The translations under genes and the position numbers were made by a program. The notes beneath the pieces were generated by a model, which saw nothing but the letters and a program-made list of their open reading frames with translations, was not told where the DNA came from and made no database searches. A DNA stretch of 64,000 nt from an uncultured Clostridia bacterium (GTDB taxonomy: Bacteria; Bacillota; Clostridia; TANB77; CAG-465): NCBI GenBank assembly GCA_944383015.1, contig CALWOC010000001.1, positions 363,976-427,975 on the forward strand, written 5' to 3'. This document shows, piece by piece, positions 29,472 to 39,156 of the stretch (its first letter is position 1; every line of letters begins with the position of its first letter).

Positions 29472-31415
29472 TTAGTGTATGTTAGCACCATTTTCTAAAG
29501 TACCATTAATATTATCTAGTACTAATAATTTTACCACATCATCATCTCCTGCTGCAAGTAGCATTCCATTAGATTCAGTTCCACAAAGTTTAGCAGGTTT
29601 TAAATTAGTCACAACAACAACTTGCTTATTTTCTAATTCCTCTTCTTTATAATATGGTACAAGTCCTGATACAATTGTTCTTAATTCTTTTTCTCCAACA
29701 TCTACTTGTAACTTATATAATTTCTTAGACTTTTCTATTCTTTCTACTTTTTTTATTTGTCCAACTTTAAGCTCCACCTTATCTAAGTCATCTATACTAA
29801 TTATTCCTTTTCTTTCTTCTTGCATTTCTTCCTCTTTTTCATCTTCTACTTTAAACAATTCTTCTGTCTTTTCAATTCTTGGAAATAATATTTCTCCCTT
29901 TGAAACTTTTGTTCCATTTTTTATTACTCCAAATTCTTTTGAAGACTCCCATGTTGTTTCATCACTATTTACACCAATTTGATTAAATATTTTCTTTGGT
30001 GTATCTACAAAGAAGCATTGTAGTGGAATAGCTATAATTCTAATTGTTTCTACTAAATTATATAGTACTTGATTTAACCTGTCTTTGTTTTCCTCTTTTG
30101 CAAGAATCCAAGGCATACTTAAATCTATATACTTATTTGCCTTAGAGATTAGCTTCCAAATCTCAGATATTGCTGCATTAGTTTTTAAATCATCCATATA
30201 ATTTTCAAAATTAATAATAGTTTCTTTTGCAGTATCAATTAAATCTTTATCTATATCTTCGTCCGCAAGATTATCGTTTTTTACTATAATACCATCATTA
30301 TATTTTTCAACCATTGCAGTTACTCTACTTACTAAATTTCCTAAATCGTTAGATAAATCTGAATTTACCTTTTCTACAAATAAATCTTCTGAAAAATTTC
30401 CATCTTCTCCAAATGTTACCTCTTTTATTAAATAATACCTTAAAGCATCAACGCTAGTATCTCTTATATAAATTCTTGGATCTTTATAATTACCAAAAGA
30501 TTTACTTATTTTATTACCATTTACAACAAGCCAGCCATGACCAAATATTTTTTTAGGCAATGGTAAATCTAATGCCATTAATATTGCTGGCCATATAATT
30601 GAATGAAATCTAAATATTTCTTTTCCAACCAAATGTAAATCAGCAGGCCAATACTTCTTCATCATTTCATCATTATTTGTTGTATATCCAAGAGCAGTTA
30701 TATAATTTGTTAAAGCATCAAGCCAAACATATACAGTATGTTTAGGATCAGACAAAACTCTAATTCCCCAATCTATAGTTGTTCTAGTTACACACAAATC
30801 TTCTAATCCTTTATCAAAAAAGTTTTTAATCATTTCATTTTTTCTTTTTTCTGGTTCTAAAAACTCTGGATGCTCTTCATAGTATTTTAGTAATCTATCT
30901 GCATACTTTGATAACCTAAAGAAATAGCTTTCTTCTTTTACTTCTTTTACTTCTCTTCCACAATCTGGACATTTTCCATCTACAAGTTGTGTTTCTGTCC
31001 AAAATGACTCACATGGCGTACAATAAAGTCCCTTATATTCTCCTTTATATATATCACCTTTTTCTAGTAGTTTTTCAAATATTTTTTGAACAGCTTTTAC
31101 ATGATATTCATCTGTTGTTCTCATATATTTATCATACGATATATCTAGTATTTTCCATAACTCTTTTGCTTTAACTGTAAAGTCATCAACATATTTTTTA
31201 GGAGTAATCCCTTGTGCTTTTGCCTTCTCCTGAATTTTTTGTCCATGCTCATCTGTGCCTGTCATAAAAAATACATCATAACCTCTTAATCTTTTATATC
31301 TTGCAAGTGTATCTGCCATTAAAGTACAATAACATGTTCCCACATGAAAATCTCCGCTTGGATAATATATAGGTGTTGTTATGTAGTATTTCTTATTTTC
31401 TTCCATTAATTTCAC
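29472..31415 (-). CDS. metG: methionyl-tRNA synthetase (with C-terminal tRNA-binding domain)
   Basis: The HIGH-region analogue GDFHVGTCYCTLMADTLARY, KMSKS (KISKSFGN), a zinc-knuckle Cys, and a C-terminal EMAP-like domain. Confidence 0.93.
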   Translation of the reverse strand: MKLMEENKKYYITTPIYYPSGDFHVGTCYCTLMADTLARYKRLRGYDVFFMTGTDEHGQKIQEKAKAQGITPKKYVDDFTVKAKELWKILDISYDKYMRTTDEYHVKAVQKIFEKLLEKGDIYKGEYKGLYCTPCESFWTETQLVDGKCPDCGREVKEVKEESYFFRLSKYADRLLKYYEEHPEFLEPEKRKNEMIKNFFDKGLEDLCVTRTTIDWGIRVLSDPKHTVYVWLDALTNYITALGYTTNNDEMMKKYWPADLHLVGKEIFRFHSIIWPAILMALDLPLPKKIFGHGWLVVNGNKISKSFGNYKDPRIYIRDTSVDALRYYLIKEVTFGEDGNFSEDLFVEKVNSDLSNDLGNLVSRVTAMVEKYNDGIIVKNDNLADEDIDKDLIDTAKETIINFENYMDDLKTNAAISEIWKLISKANKYIDLSMPWILAKEENKDRLNQVLYNLVETIRIIAIPLQCFFVDTPKKIFNQIGVNSDETTWESSKEFGVIKNGTKVSKGEILFPRIEKTEELFKVEDEKEEEMQEERKGIISIDDLDKVELKVGQIKKVERIEKSKKLYKLQVDVGEKELRTIVSGLVPYYKEEELENKQVVVVTNLKPAKLCGTESNGMLLAAGDDDVVKLLVLDNINGTLENGANIH

Positions 31416-31819
31416 TCCTTATCTATACTAACTACAGCCATCGCTATAGCATTATCTCTTACATGAGAAATACTTAAATCTATTTTTATTTTATATTTAA
31501 TAAATACATCTTCTAAAGATTTATTTATGACATTTACTTTAGGTCTTCTCTTAAAAGCTTCATCATTAATAATCTCAACATCTAAAAATTTTGGTGTATA
31601 ATCTGATTCTACTGTAAACTTAGATATCGCTTTATATATAGCTTCTTTAGAAGCAAATCTACCAGCATATCTTTGAAATTTAACATCATTATTTTCACTT
31701 TTTTCTATGTCCTCAATTTCTCTTATAGAAAAAATATTAGTTTTAAATCTCTCGTTATTTGCCATTGCTTTTTTTATTCTATCTACTTCAATAATATCTG
31801 TCCCACAGTATACTTTCAT
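31412..31819 (-). CDS. acpS: holo-[acyl-carrier-protein] synthase
   Basis: GTDIIEVDRI and AGRFASKEAIYKA motifs. The 4-nt ATGA overlap with metG suggests translational coupling. Confidence 0.8.
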   Translation of the reverse strand: MKVYCGTDIIEVDRIKKAMANNERFKTNIFSIREIEDIEKSENNDVKFQRYAGRFASKEAIYKAISKFTVESDYTPKFLDVEIINDEAFKRRPKVNVINKSLEDVFIKYKIKIDLSISHVRDNAIAMAVVSIDKE

Positions 31820-32026
31820 AAATACATCCTTTCAAAACAATTAAAATGTAATCATATATTTACACAATATATCTTATACTTTTTAGCCAATAAAGTCAAT
31901 AATTTCAAGCAAATTAAAGAAAAACTCTTGCTAAAGTTTACAAAGATATGTATAATTTTTATCTATAAAAATTATACAATCAAGCAAAGCTTTATTTTTA
32001 TGGTATAATATTATTAAATTTTTAGG

Positions 32027-32527
32027 GTGAAATTTATGAAAATATTAAAGCATTTATATAAATATCTATGGATATATACTACAATATTACTATTAATTTT
32101 CATTGTAATTATAAAAATACTTGAAATGAATAATTTAGCATTTAGAATTTATATTCTAATTACAATGACCATAATAATTGTTATAGGATATATAATAAGC
32201 TTCATCAGGTTCTATAAGGAATCAAATAATGAAGTAAAATACAATGCAAATATAATCCTCGCACTACTTACAATATACTTAATATTTAATTGGAAAGGTC
32301 TACTATTACTATATTCTGCCAGAGTTCCTAATGAAGAAGAATATACATTAAATGAGAAAAGATACATTGTTCATACTGGTGGTTTTTTAACAGATACAGA
32401 AATAGTAATATATGAATATATAAATGATTTTGTATATAAGATACCAAGTTTATATACTGATTTTGTTAGCGGAGGTTACGATTCGATTTATAACATATAT
32501 AATTATGTACCTGATATTCCACAATAA
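32027..32527 (+). CDS. hypothetical membrane protein (166 aa)
   Basis: AGGGTGA RBS with two or three hydrophobic helices. Confidence 0.5.
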   Translation: MKFMKILKHLYKYLWIYTTILLLIFIVIIKILEMNNLAFRIYILITMTIIIVIGYIISFIRFYKESNNEVKYNANIILALLTIYLIFNWKGLLLLYSARVPNEEEYTLNEKRYIVHTGGFLTDTEIVIYEYINDFVYKIPSLYTDFVSGGYDSIYNIYNYVPDIPQ

Positions 32528-32581
32528 ATAATATTTCATTAAAGGAAATATATAAAATTAATGAACTTAGATAATTTCTAA

Positions 32582-32610
32582 TTGACAATACAAAAAAATT
32601 ATAGTATTAT
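32582..32610 (+). promoter_or_regulatory. sigma-A promoter for the ilv leader (TTGACA-17-TATTAT)
   Basis: Hexamers with a 17-nt spacer seen directly. Confidence 0.5.
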
Positions 32611-32643
32611 ATAGTCATTATAAATTGAAAGGAAGTAATTTAA

Positions 32644-32694
32644 ATGAAAAATATTAATGTAACTTTAAAACTAGTCGGACTACTACTTATTTAA
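32644..32694 (+). CDS. 16-aa branched-chain-amino-acid-rich leader peptide MKNINVTLKLVGLLLI
   Basis: AAAGGAAG RBS 8 nt before the ATG. Eight of the last 11 codons are Leu/Val/Ile (CTA GTC GGA CTA CTA CTT ATT), then TAA. Confidence 0.55.
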   Translation: MKNINVTLKLVGLLLI

Positions 32695-32810
32695 GCACTG
32701 GTATCTACTGTAGATACGAGTGCATTTGGTCGTACCTACAGTAGTCTTAAAGTTATATTATAATATAAAAGTATCTAAGACTATGTAGGTAAAACTACAT
32801 AGTCTTTTTT
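32695..32810 (+). promoter_or_regulatory. transcription attenuator with alternative hairpins and an intrinsic terminator (32776-32810) upstream of ilvBN
   Basis: Hairpin GCACTGGTATCTACTGTAGATACGAGTGC sits right at the leader stop. CTACAGTAG can pair with either CTACTGTAG or the terminator arm. The terminator is AAGACTATGTAG-GTAAAA-CTACATAGTCTT plus T6. No T-box core is present. Confidence 0.55.
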
Positions 32811-32852
32811 ATACTAAATTTTAATTTATATATAAATATGGAGGTGTTTAAA

Positions 32853-34589
32853 ATGTGGATAACAGGAGCTGAATTATTTGTAAAAGCTTTAAAAGAAGAA
32901 AATGTAGATACATTATTTGCATATCCAGGAGGTCAAGCAATAGACTTATTTGATGCATTATATGGACAAAAAGATATAAATGTAATATTACCAAGACATG
33001 AACAAGCGCTAGTTCATGAAGCTGATGGCTATGCAAGAGCTACAGGAAAGGTGGGCGTATGCTTAGTCACAAGTGGACCTGGTGCAACAAATCTTGTTAC
33101 TGGTGTTGCAACAGCAAACTATGACTCTGTACCACTTGTATGTTTTACTGGTCAAGTCCCAACATATCTTATTGGAAACGATGCTTTTCAAGAAGTAGAT
33201 ACTATAGGAATTATGCGTAGTATATGCAAATACGCTGTAACAGTAAGAAAAAGAGAAGACTTAGCAAGAATAATACACAATGCATTCTATATTGCAAAAA
33301 GTGGCAAACCAGGAGTTGTTGTAGTAGATATTCCTAAAGATATACAACTAGCTCTTGGTAGTGATGATTATCCAAAAGATATACATATTAGAGGATACAA
33401 TCCTAATACTTCAGTTCATATTGGTCAAGTAAATAAAGCAATGGAAATCTTATCTAAATCTAAAAAGCCTGTATTTTTAATAGGTGGAGGTGTAAATATT
33501 GCACATGCTAATGAAGAAATGACTAAACTTGCCGAAATTACGGGTATACCAGTTATTACAACAATAATGGGAAAAGGTGCTATCCCAACCACACATGAAC
33601 TATATATTGGAAATATTGGAATACATGGTAGCTATGCAGCAAATACTGCTATATCCAACTGTGATGTACTATTCTCAATTGGTACTAGATTTAATGATAG
33701 AATTACTGGAAAAATCGAAGAATTTGCAAAAAATGCAACAATAATTCATGTAGATATAGATCCTGCTGCAATTTCAAAAAATATTTCTGTTGATATTCCT
33801 ATTGTAGCAGATGCAAAAATTGCAATAGAAGCTATAATAAAAAAAGCTAAAAAATTAAATATAGAAGATTGGCAAAAAGAAATAAAATCATGGAAAGAAA
33901 ACTATCCAATAAAAATGTCATATGAGTCTAATATACTTACTCCTGAATATATAATAAAAACAATAAACAAAATGTATAAAAATGCTATTATTACTACTGA
34001 TGTTGGTCAAAACCAGCTTTGGACAACGCAGTTTATTGATATAGATAATAATAAAAGACTTCTTACTTCAGGTGGACTTGGAACTATGGGTTATGGACTT
34101 CCTGCTGCAATAGGTGCAAAAATTGCATGTCCAAATAAAGATGTTATATCTATCTCTGGAGATGGTGGAATTCAAATGAATATTCAAGAACTTGCAACAG
34201 CAATATGTCAGGAGCTACCTATTGTCGTATGTATATTAAATAATGGATATTTAGGAAACGTTAGACAATGGCAGGAAATGTTTTATAACAAACGTTACTC
34301 CTCTACTTGTTTAAAATACAGAAAATCTTGCGATAAAAATTGCAAAAATAAAGATAAATGTTGTCCTGAATATACACCTAATTTTATAAAACTTGCTGAA
34401 AGTTATGGCTGTCAAGCTATACGAGTTTATGAAAAGTCTGAGGTAGAAAAAGCTTTTAAAATTGCAAAGAAAAACAAAAAGTCACCAACAATAATAGAGT
34501 TTATTATTGACGACTCTTTAAATGTTTTACCTATGGTTCCACCAGGTAACCCACTTGAAGATATGATATTAGATAAGGAGGAAAATTAA
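32853..34589 (+). CDS. ilvB: acetolactate synthase large subunit
   Basis: TPP-enzyme motifs (GPGATNLVTG, GDGGIQMNIQELAT). The start is ATG 32853 after GGAGGTG. Confidence 0.9.
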   Translation: MWITGAELFVKALKEENVDTLFAYPGGQAIDLFDALYGQKDINVILPRHEQALVHEADGYARATGKVGVCLVTSGPGATNLVTGVATANYDSVPLVCFTGQVPTYLIGNDAFQEVDTIGIMRSICKYAVTVRKREDLARIIHNAFYIAKSGKPGVVVVDIPKDIQLALGSDDYPKDIHIRGYNPNTSVHIGQVNKAMEILSKSKKPVFLIGGGVNIAHANEEMTKLAEITGIPVITTIMGKGAIPTTHELYIGNIGIHGSYAANTAISNCDVLFSIGTRFNDRITGKIEEFAKNATIIHVDIDPAAISKNISVDIPIVADAKIAIEAIIKKAKKLNIEDWQKEIKSWKENYPIKMSYESNILTPEYIIKTINKMYKNAIITTDVGQNQLWTTQFIDIDNNKRLLTSGGLGTMGYGLPAAIGAKIACPNKDVISISGDGGIQMNIQELATAICQELPIVVCILNNGYLGNVRQWQEMFYNKRYSSTCLKYRKSCDKNCKNKDKCCPEYTPNFIKLAESYGCQAIRVYEKSEVEKAFKIAKKNKKSPTIIEFIIDDSLNVLPMVPPGNPLEDMILDKEEN

Positions 34590-34590
34590 T

Positions 34591-35091
34591 ATGAAAAAAA
34601 GATGGATAGGATTATTTGTAGAAAATGAAATAGGTGTACTTGCTAGAATATCAGGATTATTTTCCTCAAAATCATATAATATTGAAAGTTTAACTGTAGG
34701 TACAACTGAAGATCCAACAATATCACGTATGACAATTTCTATGATTTCAGATGATAAGACTTTTGAACAAATAAAAAAACAATTAAATAGAAGTGTAGAA
34801 GTAATAAAAGTTGTAGACTATACTAACGTACCAATTCACAATAAAGAACTACTATATATTAAGATTAATAATTGCTCTGAAAAAGACAGAATTGATATAT
34901 TTAGACTTTCAGATGTATACAAATTTAAAATAATAGATTACAATCAAAAATCAATTATAATTGAATGGGTTGCAATAGAATCTAATATAAACGAACTAAT
35001 TAAATTATTTAGTGCATTATTTCTAAATAGAATAGAGGTTGTTCGCGGAGGAAGTGTTGCTATTGAGTCTATAGGGATAGCAAATAAATAA
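34591..35091 (+). CDS. ilvN: acetolactate synthase small (regulatory) subunit
   Basis: N-terminal ACT domain (GVLARISGLFSSKSYNIESLTV). It is coupled to the ilvB stop. Confidence 0.88.
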   Translation: MKKRWIGLFVENEIGVLARISGLFSSKSYNIESLTVGTTEDPTISRMTISMISDDKTFEQIKKQLNRSVEVIKVVDYTNVPIHNKELLYIKINNCSEKDRIDIFRLSDVYKFKIIDYNQKSIIIEWVAIESNINELIKLFSALFLNRIEVVRGGSVAIESIGIANK

Positions 35092-35422
35092 TAATTTAAA
35101 ATATCTTTCACATCTACTTAGTATGTGTTACAATATAAATGATATTAAAGAAGTAATAAGATATAAATAATAACATATTAAAAAATGAAGCTTTAAAACC
35201 AACAATATATATAATAGAAGAACTAGTCAGTGAAAAAAATAATTCACAATCATATGTGGAAATTAATAATCTAATAGAATATATATATCAAAAATTTATA
35301 TTTAAAAACTATAATATAAATTTAGATATTGCTTCACCTTTTAGTGCTACAAAAGTATATTCAAACAATGACAAAACTTTGTTTGAATATATGTTAATGT
35401 TAAACGATAAAAATAATACAAT

Positions 35423-35465
35423 TAATATTAATAAATATTAATAAATATTAATAAATGTTAATTAA
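35423..35465. repeat. short tandem repeat, about 4 copies of a 10-mer (ATAAATATTA)
   Basis: ATTAATATTA ATAAATATTA ATAAATATTA ATAAATGTTA in a non-coding AT-rich stretch. Confidence 0.5.
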
Positions 35466-35675
35466 ATGATATTAAATACTTATCTTCTATAATAAAGAGC
35501 ATATACAAATAATTATGGTAAATTTATTTAATTTTTTATTAAAATAAACAAAAATTAAATATAATATCTATTTTAACTTAATTTAACTATACTGTAAAAT
35601 AATAATGTTTATAAAGATAAATATGTATAAAAAAACCATTTTGAATTTAACTTCAAAATGGTTCAATTTTACATT

Positions 35676-36143
35676 TTATTCTAATAAAGTTATTCCTTCT
35701 CCATTACGCTCAAAATTAATTTTTCCATCTTCATAATATAATTTATATTCTTGAGTATGTTTCATATAACCTATATCATCTTGAATAATTTCTATTGATA
35801 TAGTATGAGTTTCCTCTAAATACTTCGTATATATAGTATATGTAATTTCCTTATCTTCATCTATTTTTTCAATATTTTTTAATTTTAAAGAATTTGATTC
35901 AGAAAATTCTTCATTTGTTATAATATTTTTTAAAGCTGATGTATCTAAAGATATATTCCCATCATTAGTATTTATTGTAGTTAATACATCTTTATATATA
36001 TTACTTAAAACAGCTATTTGAACATTCTCATTTTTAATTAATTTATCATAGTTATTAGTACCAAATATAAAAATCATAGCTAATACTAAAGCAATGATTA
36101 TAATTAAAATTATTATACTAATTGGAATCAGTTTTGATTTCAT
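35676..36143 (-). CDS. N-terminally membrane-anchored small protein, tandem paralog 1
   Basis: A TM helix followed by an about 120-aa domain. It shares LKNI/KNIEKI/GKINFE-type motifs with 36520-36963. Confidence 0.55.
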   Translation of the reverse strand: MKSKLIPISIIILIIIIALVLAMIFIFGTNNYDKLIKNENVQIAVLSNIYKDVLTTINTNDGNISLDTSALKNIITNEEFSESNSLKLKNIEKIDEDKEITYTIYTKYLEETHTISIEIIQDDIGYMKHTQEYKLYYEDGKINFERNGEGITLLE

Positions 36144-36519
36144 AATATCACTCCCATTTAAAGTATATATTATTAAATATTAATTATCAATAGTTTCAAA
36201 AAATAATATAAAATATTTTAACTTAGCGATAAATCATACTTGTTCTTATAGTCCTCAAGAAGACTTTAAATATTTGGTATATAATGATTTAATATCATTT
36301 ACATCTGAACTTGATATATTATCAATACTGTATAATATCTATACATTACATTAGAAGAGTTGTTATTGTTAGCTAATCCTAGTGCAAGTCCAATCTTATG
36401 CATAAATACAGCCTTTAAGTTATAGTAGTGGTAGAACCATTATTAAATGAAAGATTTGAATTTAAAGTAATAACAGCGTTATTTATAGTATTTACTGAAT
36501 GATATAATATAAAAGTCAG

Positions 36520-36963
36520 TTATGAAACTACTATTAGTCCATTGTCATATTTTTCATAATTAATTTTACCATTTTTAATTTTTAAAATATATTTTTGTTT
36601 TACCATATTTCCAAAATTGTCAGAAAGAACTAATTCTACGATTTTTTTTTCTGAATTATACTTCAATGACAATATATAATTCGATTCTGAATCGGCACGA
36701 TTTATTTCTATATTTCTTAATTTAAATATTGAACTATCATCAAAGTATTCTTTTGTGACTAAGTTTTTAATAGTTGAATCGTCTAATAAAATGTTAGAAT
36801 TTTTTATACTTGATTCCAAAATGAATTCTGTATACATCTTACTTAAAACTTCAACTTGATTTTGATTATTAATAAAAACTTTTTTATTTGAATTAAAAAT
36901 TAATAGTATAATTAAAAAGAATACTATTAAAATAGTTATAAAAACTATTATTATTTTTTTCAT
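36520..36963 (-). CDS. N-terminally membrane-anchored small protein, tandem paralog 2
   Basis: Same architecture and shared motifs (IKNLVTKEYF, NIEINR, GKINYEKYDNG). Confidence 0.55.
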   Translation of the reverse strand: MKKIIIVFITILIVFFLIILLIFNSNKKVFINNQNQVEVLSKMYTEFILESSIKNSNILLDDSTIKNLVTKEYFDDSSIFKLRNIEINRADSESNYILSLKYNSEKKIVELVLSDNFGNMVKQKYILKIKNGKINYEKYDNGLIVVS

Positions 36964-37012
36964 TAAATCACCGCCTATATTATAACATATAAGCTTTTCA
37001 TAATCAATTTAA

Positions 37013-37146
37013 ATATGGCAATCGCTTAAAAAACAGAAATTAAATTACAAACATATCATTTTACATAATTTTATTAGTTATGTTATCAAAAAAATTAATA
37101 TCTATTTAAATTTCATTTTTAAAAATATTTTAAGCGATTGCCATAT
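37013..37146. repeat. perfect 19-bp inverted repeat (ATATGGCAATCGCTTAAAA / TTTTAAGCGATTGCCATAT) flanking a 96-bp AT-rich segment between divergent genes
   Basis: IR-L at 37013-37031 and IR-R at 37128-37146. The intervening segment is 37032-37127. Confidence 0.6.
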
Positions 37147-37214
37147 ATTAATTGAGAAAAGAAAAATATTGTGATAATATTGAAATATAGTGAGAAAATT
37201 AAAATGGTGATAAA

Positions 37215-38096
37215 ATGAATAATAATCAATTAATAGAAAACTTTATAAAAGAAAACGATTTTGATAAAGGAATATTAGAAGATTCAAAAATTAATAGTAC
37301 AGAAGAAATAAGTTATGTCATAGACAAAAATGGATTTCATAAAAATCCTCAAAAAGAATACATTTGTATCGCAGATATAATAGGAGATAACATAAATGGA
37401 AATAAAACTAATAATCTTTTAAATGAATTACAATCATTATTTTCAGAAAATAAAGGAAATAAATATAATATAAGAAGCAATTCAATGTTAAAATACACAT
37501 CAGAAAACATTATACAAGGTTTAAGTGAAAGTTTTAATAAGGAGCCAATATCAATTGCTGAAGTGAAAAAGGATAAATATATAATAAAAAATAATGGAAG
37601 ACATAGATGCGCATTACTAAAAGCACACTATTTAAAGGAACTTTCAAAATGTAAAAACGAGGCTGATAAGCAGAATTTAAAATCAAAATATACTATACCT
37701 GCTGAAGTTGAAAGATTGGATGTTATTAAAACATATTCAAAATATTTATTAAAATTAGCTAAAAATAAATTTCATACTCAAGAAGAGTTAGACAAGAATT
37801 ATATAAGAACCGGAAAATTAATAATAACAGATGATAATGGTAATTCAAAAACATATTCTGACGAGGAGTTAGTTAAATATGTAAAAAGTATGGTTGATAA
37901 AATACCAGAAAATGAGTTAAAGAATACTATACCAAGATTATATTCTAAAGAAGAATATTTTAAAGAATATGCAGATACTAATTTAAGAGAAACATGTATT
38001 GAAAAATCAATTACAGAATGGTCCAAAATCAATTCTGAAGATAAAGAAAAAACAGTATATATATCTAGAGAAAGAGAGGTTAGAAATAATGACTAA
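37215..38096 (+). CDS. hypothetical protein (293 aa)
   Basis: ORF with no family I recognise. It overlaps the next gene by 8 nt. Confidence 0.55.
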   Translation: MNNNQLIENFIKENDFDKGILEDSKINSTEEISYVIDKNGFHKNPQKEYICIADIIGDNINGNKTNNLLNELQSLFSENKGNKYNIRSNSMLKYTSENIIQGLSESFNKEPISIAEVKKDKYIIKNNGRHRCALLKAHYLKELSKCKNEADKQNLKSKYTIPAEVERLDVIKTYSKYLLKLAKNKFHTQEELDKNYIRTGKLIITDDNGNSKTYSDEELVKYVKSMVDKIPENELKNTIPRLYSKEEYFKEYADTNLRETCIEKSITEWSKINSEDKEKTVYISREREVRNND

Positions 38097-38439
38097 TTTA
38101 GTATTAATAGATAAAGAAAATTATCCTAGAATTTATGATGAAAGTATAGATAAATATTTATTGATTGATGAGCAAAAAAATATAATTGGAATATCAACAA
38201 TTAATAACTCACTAAATTTTAACAAAATTAGAATTAATATAATAGATGACTATAGAGGAAATGGTTATGGAAAATTATTATTTCAAAAAACTTTAGATGA
38301 GTACAAGAACAAATATAATGATAAAGAATTATACTTTAAAGTTCAAAATAAGAATTTGTTTAACATTATTTTATATAAACAAGGAGCAGTTAATATCAAT
38401 AATGACGATGGAATATTAGAATATATATTACCATTATAA
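38089..38439 (+). CDS. GNAT-family N-acetyltransferase (about 116 aa)
   Basis: RGNGYGKLLFQK matches the GNAT motif A (R/Q-x-x-G-x-G/A). The start is ATG 38089 after an AGAGAGG RBS. Confidence 0.65.
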   Translation: MTNLVLIDKENYPRIYDESIDKYLLIDEQKNIIGISTINNSLNFNKIRINIIDDYRGNGYGKLLFQKTLDEYKNKYNDKELYFKVQNKNLFNIILYKQGAVNINNDDGILEYILPL

Positions 38440-38451
38440 CAGAGGTGTATT

Positions 38452-38931
38452 ATGGAATTAAGAGTTACTTCAATAAAAGAAGCGAAAAGAAGTTTAAATA
38501 CATTAAAATTATCAAATATAAAAGCTATAATTATATCATCATACAAAGATGATATAGATACAATATCAGATGAAAATAAATTATTGATAGAATTTGATGA
38601 TTTGAATTATCAATGTCAAAATTCATTTAACAGAAATTTAGCTAAAAAAATTAAAGAATTTATAGCTAAAATAGATTTAGATAAAAATAAATTATATGTT
38701 TGTTGTGATTCTGGAGAATCAAGAAGCTCAGCAGTTGCAGCTTGTATTTTACGAAAATATGGCGAAAATGAAAATAAAATATGGAAAGATGCTAGTTATC
38801 ATCCTAATATTTTAGTATATAGTATATTATGCGAAGAATTAGGCTTGAAAAATTCGAAAATTAGATTAAAATACAAAACTTACATTAATAATAAAGCACT
38901 ACAAAAAAAGATTAAGTTTGCAAAAAAATAA
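38452..38931 (+). CDS. CX5R-motif phosphatase-like protein (PTP/DUSP-like P-loop)
   Basis: VCCDSGESRSSAVAACIL fits HCxxGxxRS(x5)AY of dual-specificity/tyrosine phosphatases. 159 aa. Confidence 0.45.
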   Translation: MELRVTSIKEAKRSLNTLKLSNIKAIIISSYKDDIDTISDENKLLIEFDDLNYQCQNSFNRNLAKKIKEFIAKIDLDKNKLYVCCDSGESRSSAVAACILRKYGENENKIWKDASYHPNILVYSILCEELGLKNSKIRLKYKTYINNKALQKKIKFAKK

Positions 38932-39156
38932 TATAAAGAACGTAGTTTTTTATAACTTTAAAAATTAAATGAGTATTATACGAAAAATAATTTGTTACAA
39001 GAGAAAAAATCTAATGATACAACAAAAGATAATATAATTAATAATAAAACAGATGAAGATAAACTAAATGAATCTTTAGAAAATTATGAAAGGTAGTAAT
39101 ATGAGCCTTGCTATGTTGTTTTAGCAAGGCAAAACTTTAATTTTATTATGCGTGTT

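Noticed and set aside
35256-35441. 61-aa ORF in the AT-rich spacer after ilvN
   Set aside because: It has no RBS, Asn/Ile/Lys low complexity, and runs into the microsatellite, so it is probably a chance ORF.
35423-35465. Tandem 10-mer repeat considered as a CRISPR-like array
   Set aside because: Units are contiguous 10-mers with no spacers and no cas genes. It is a simple AT microsatellite.
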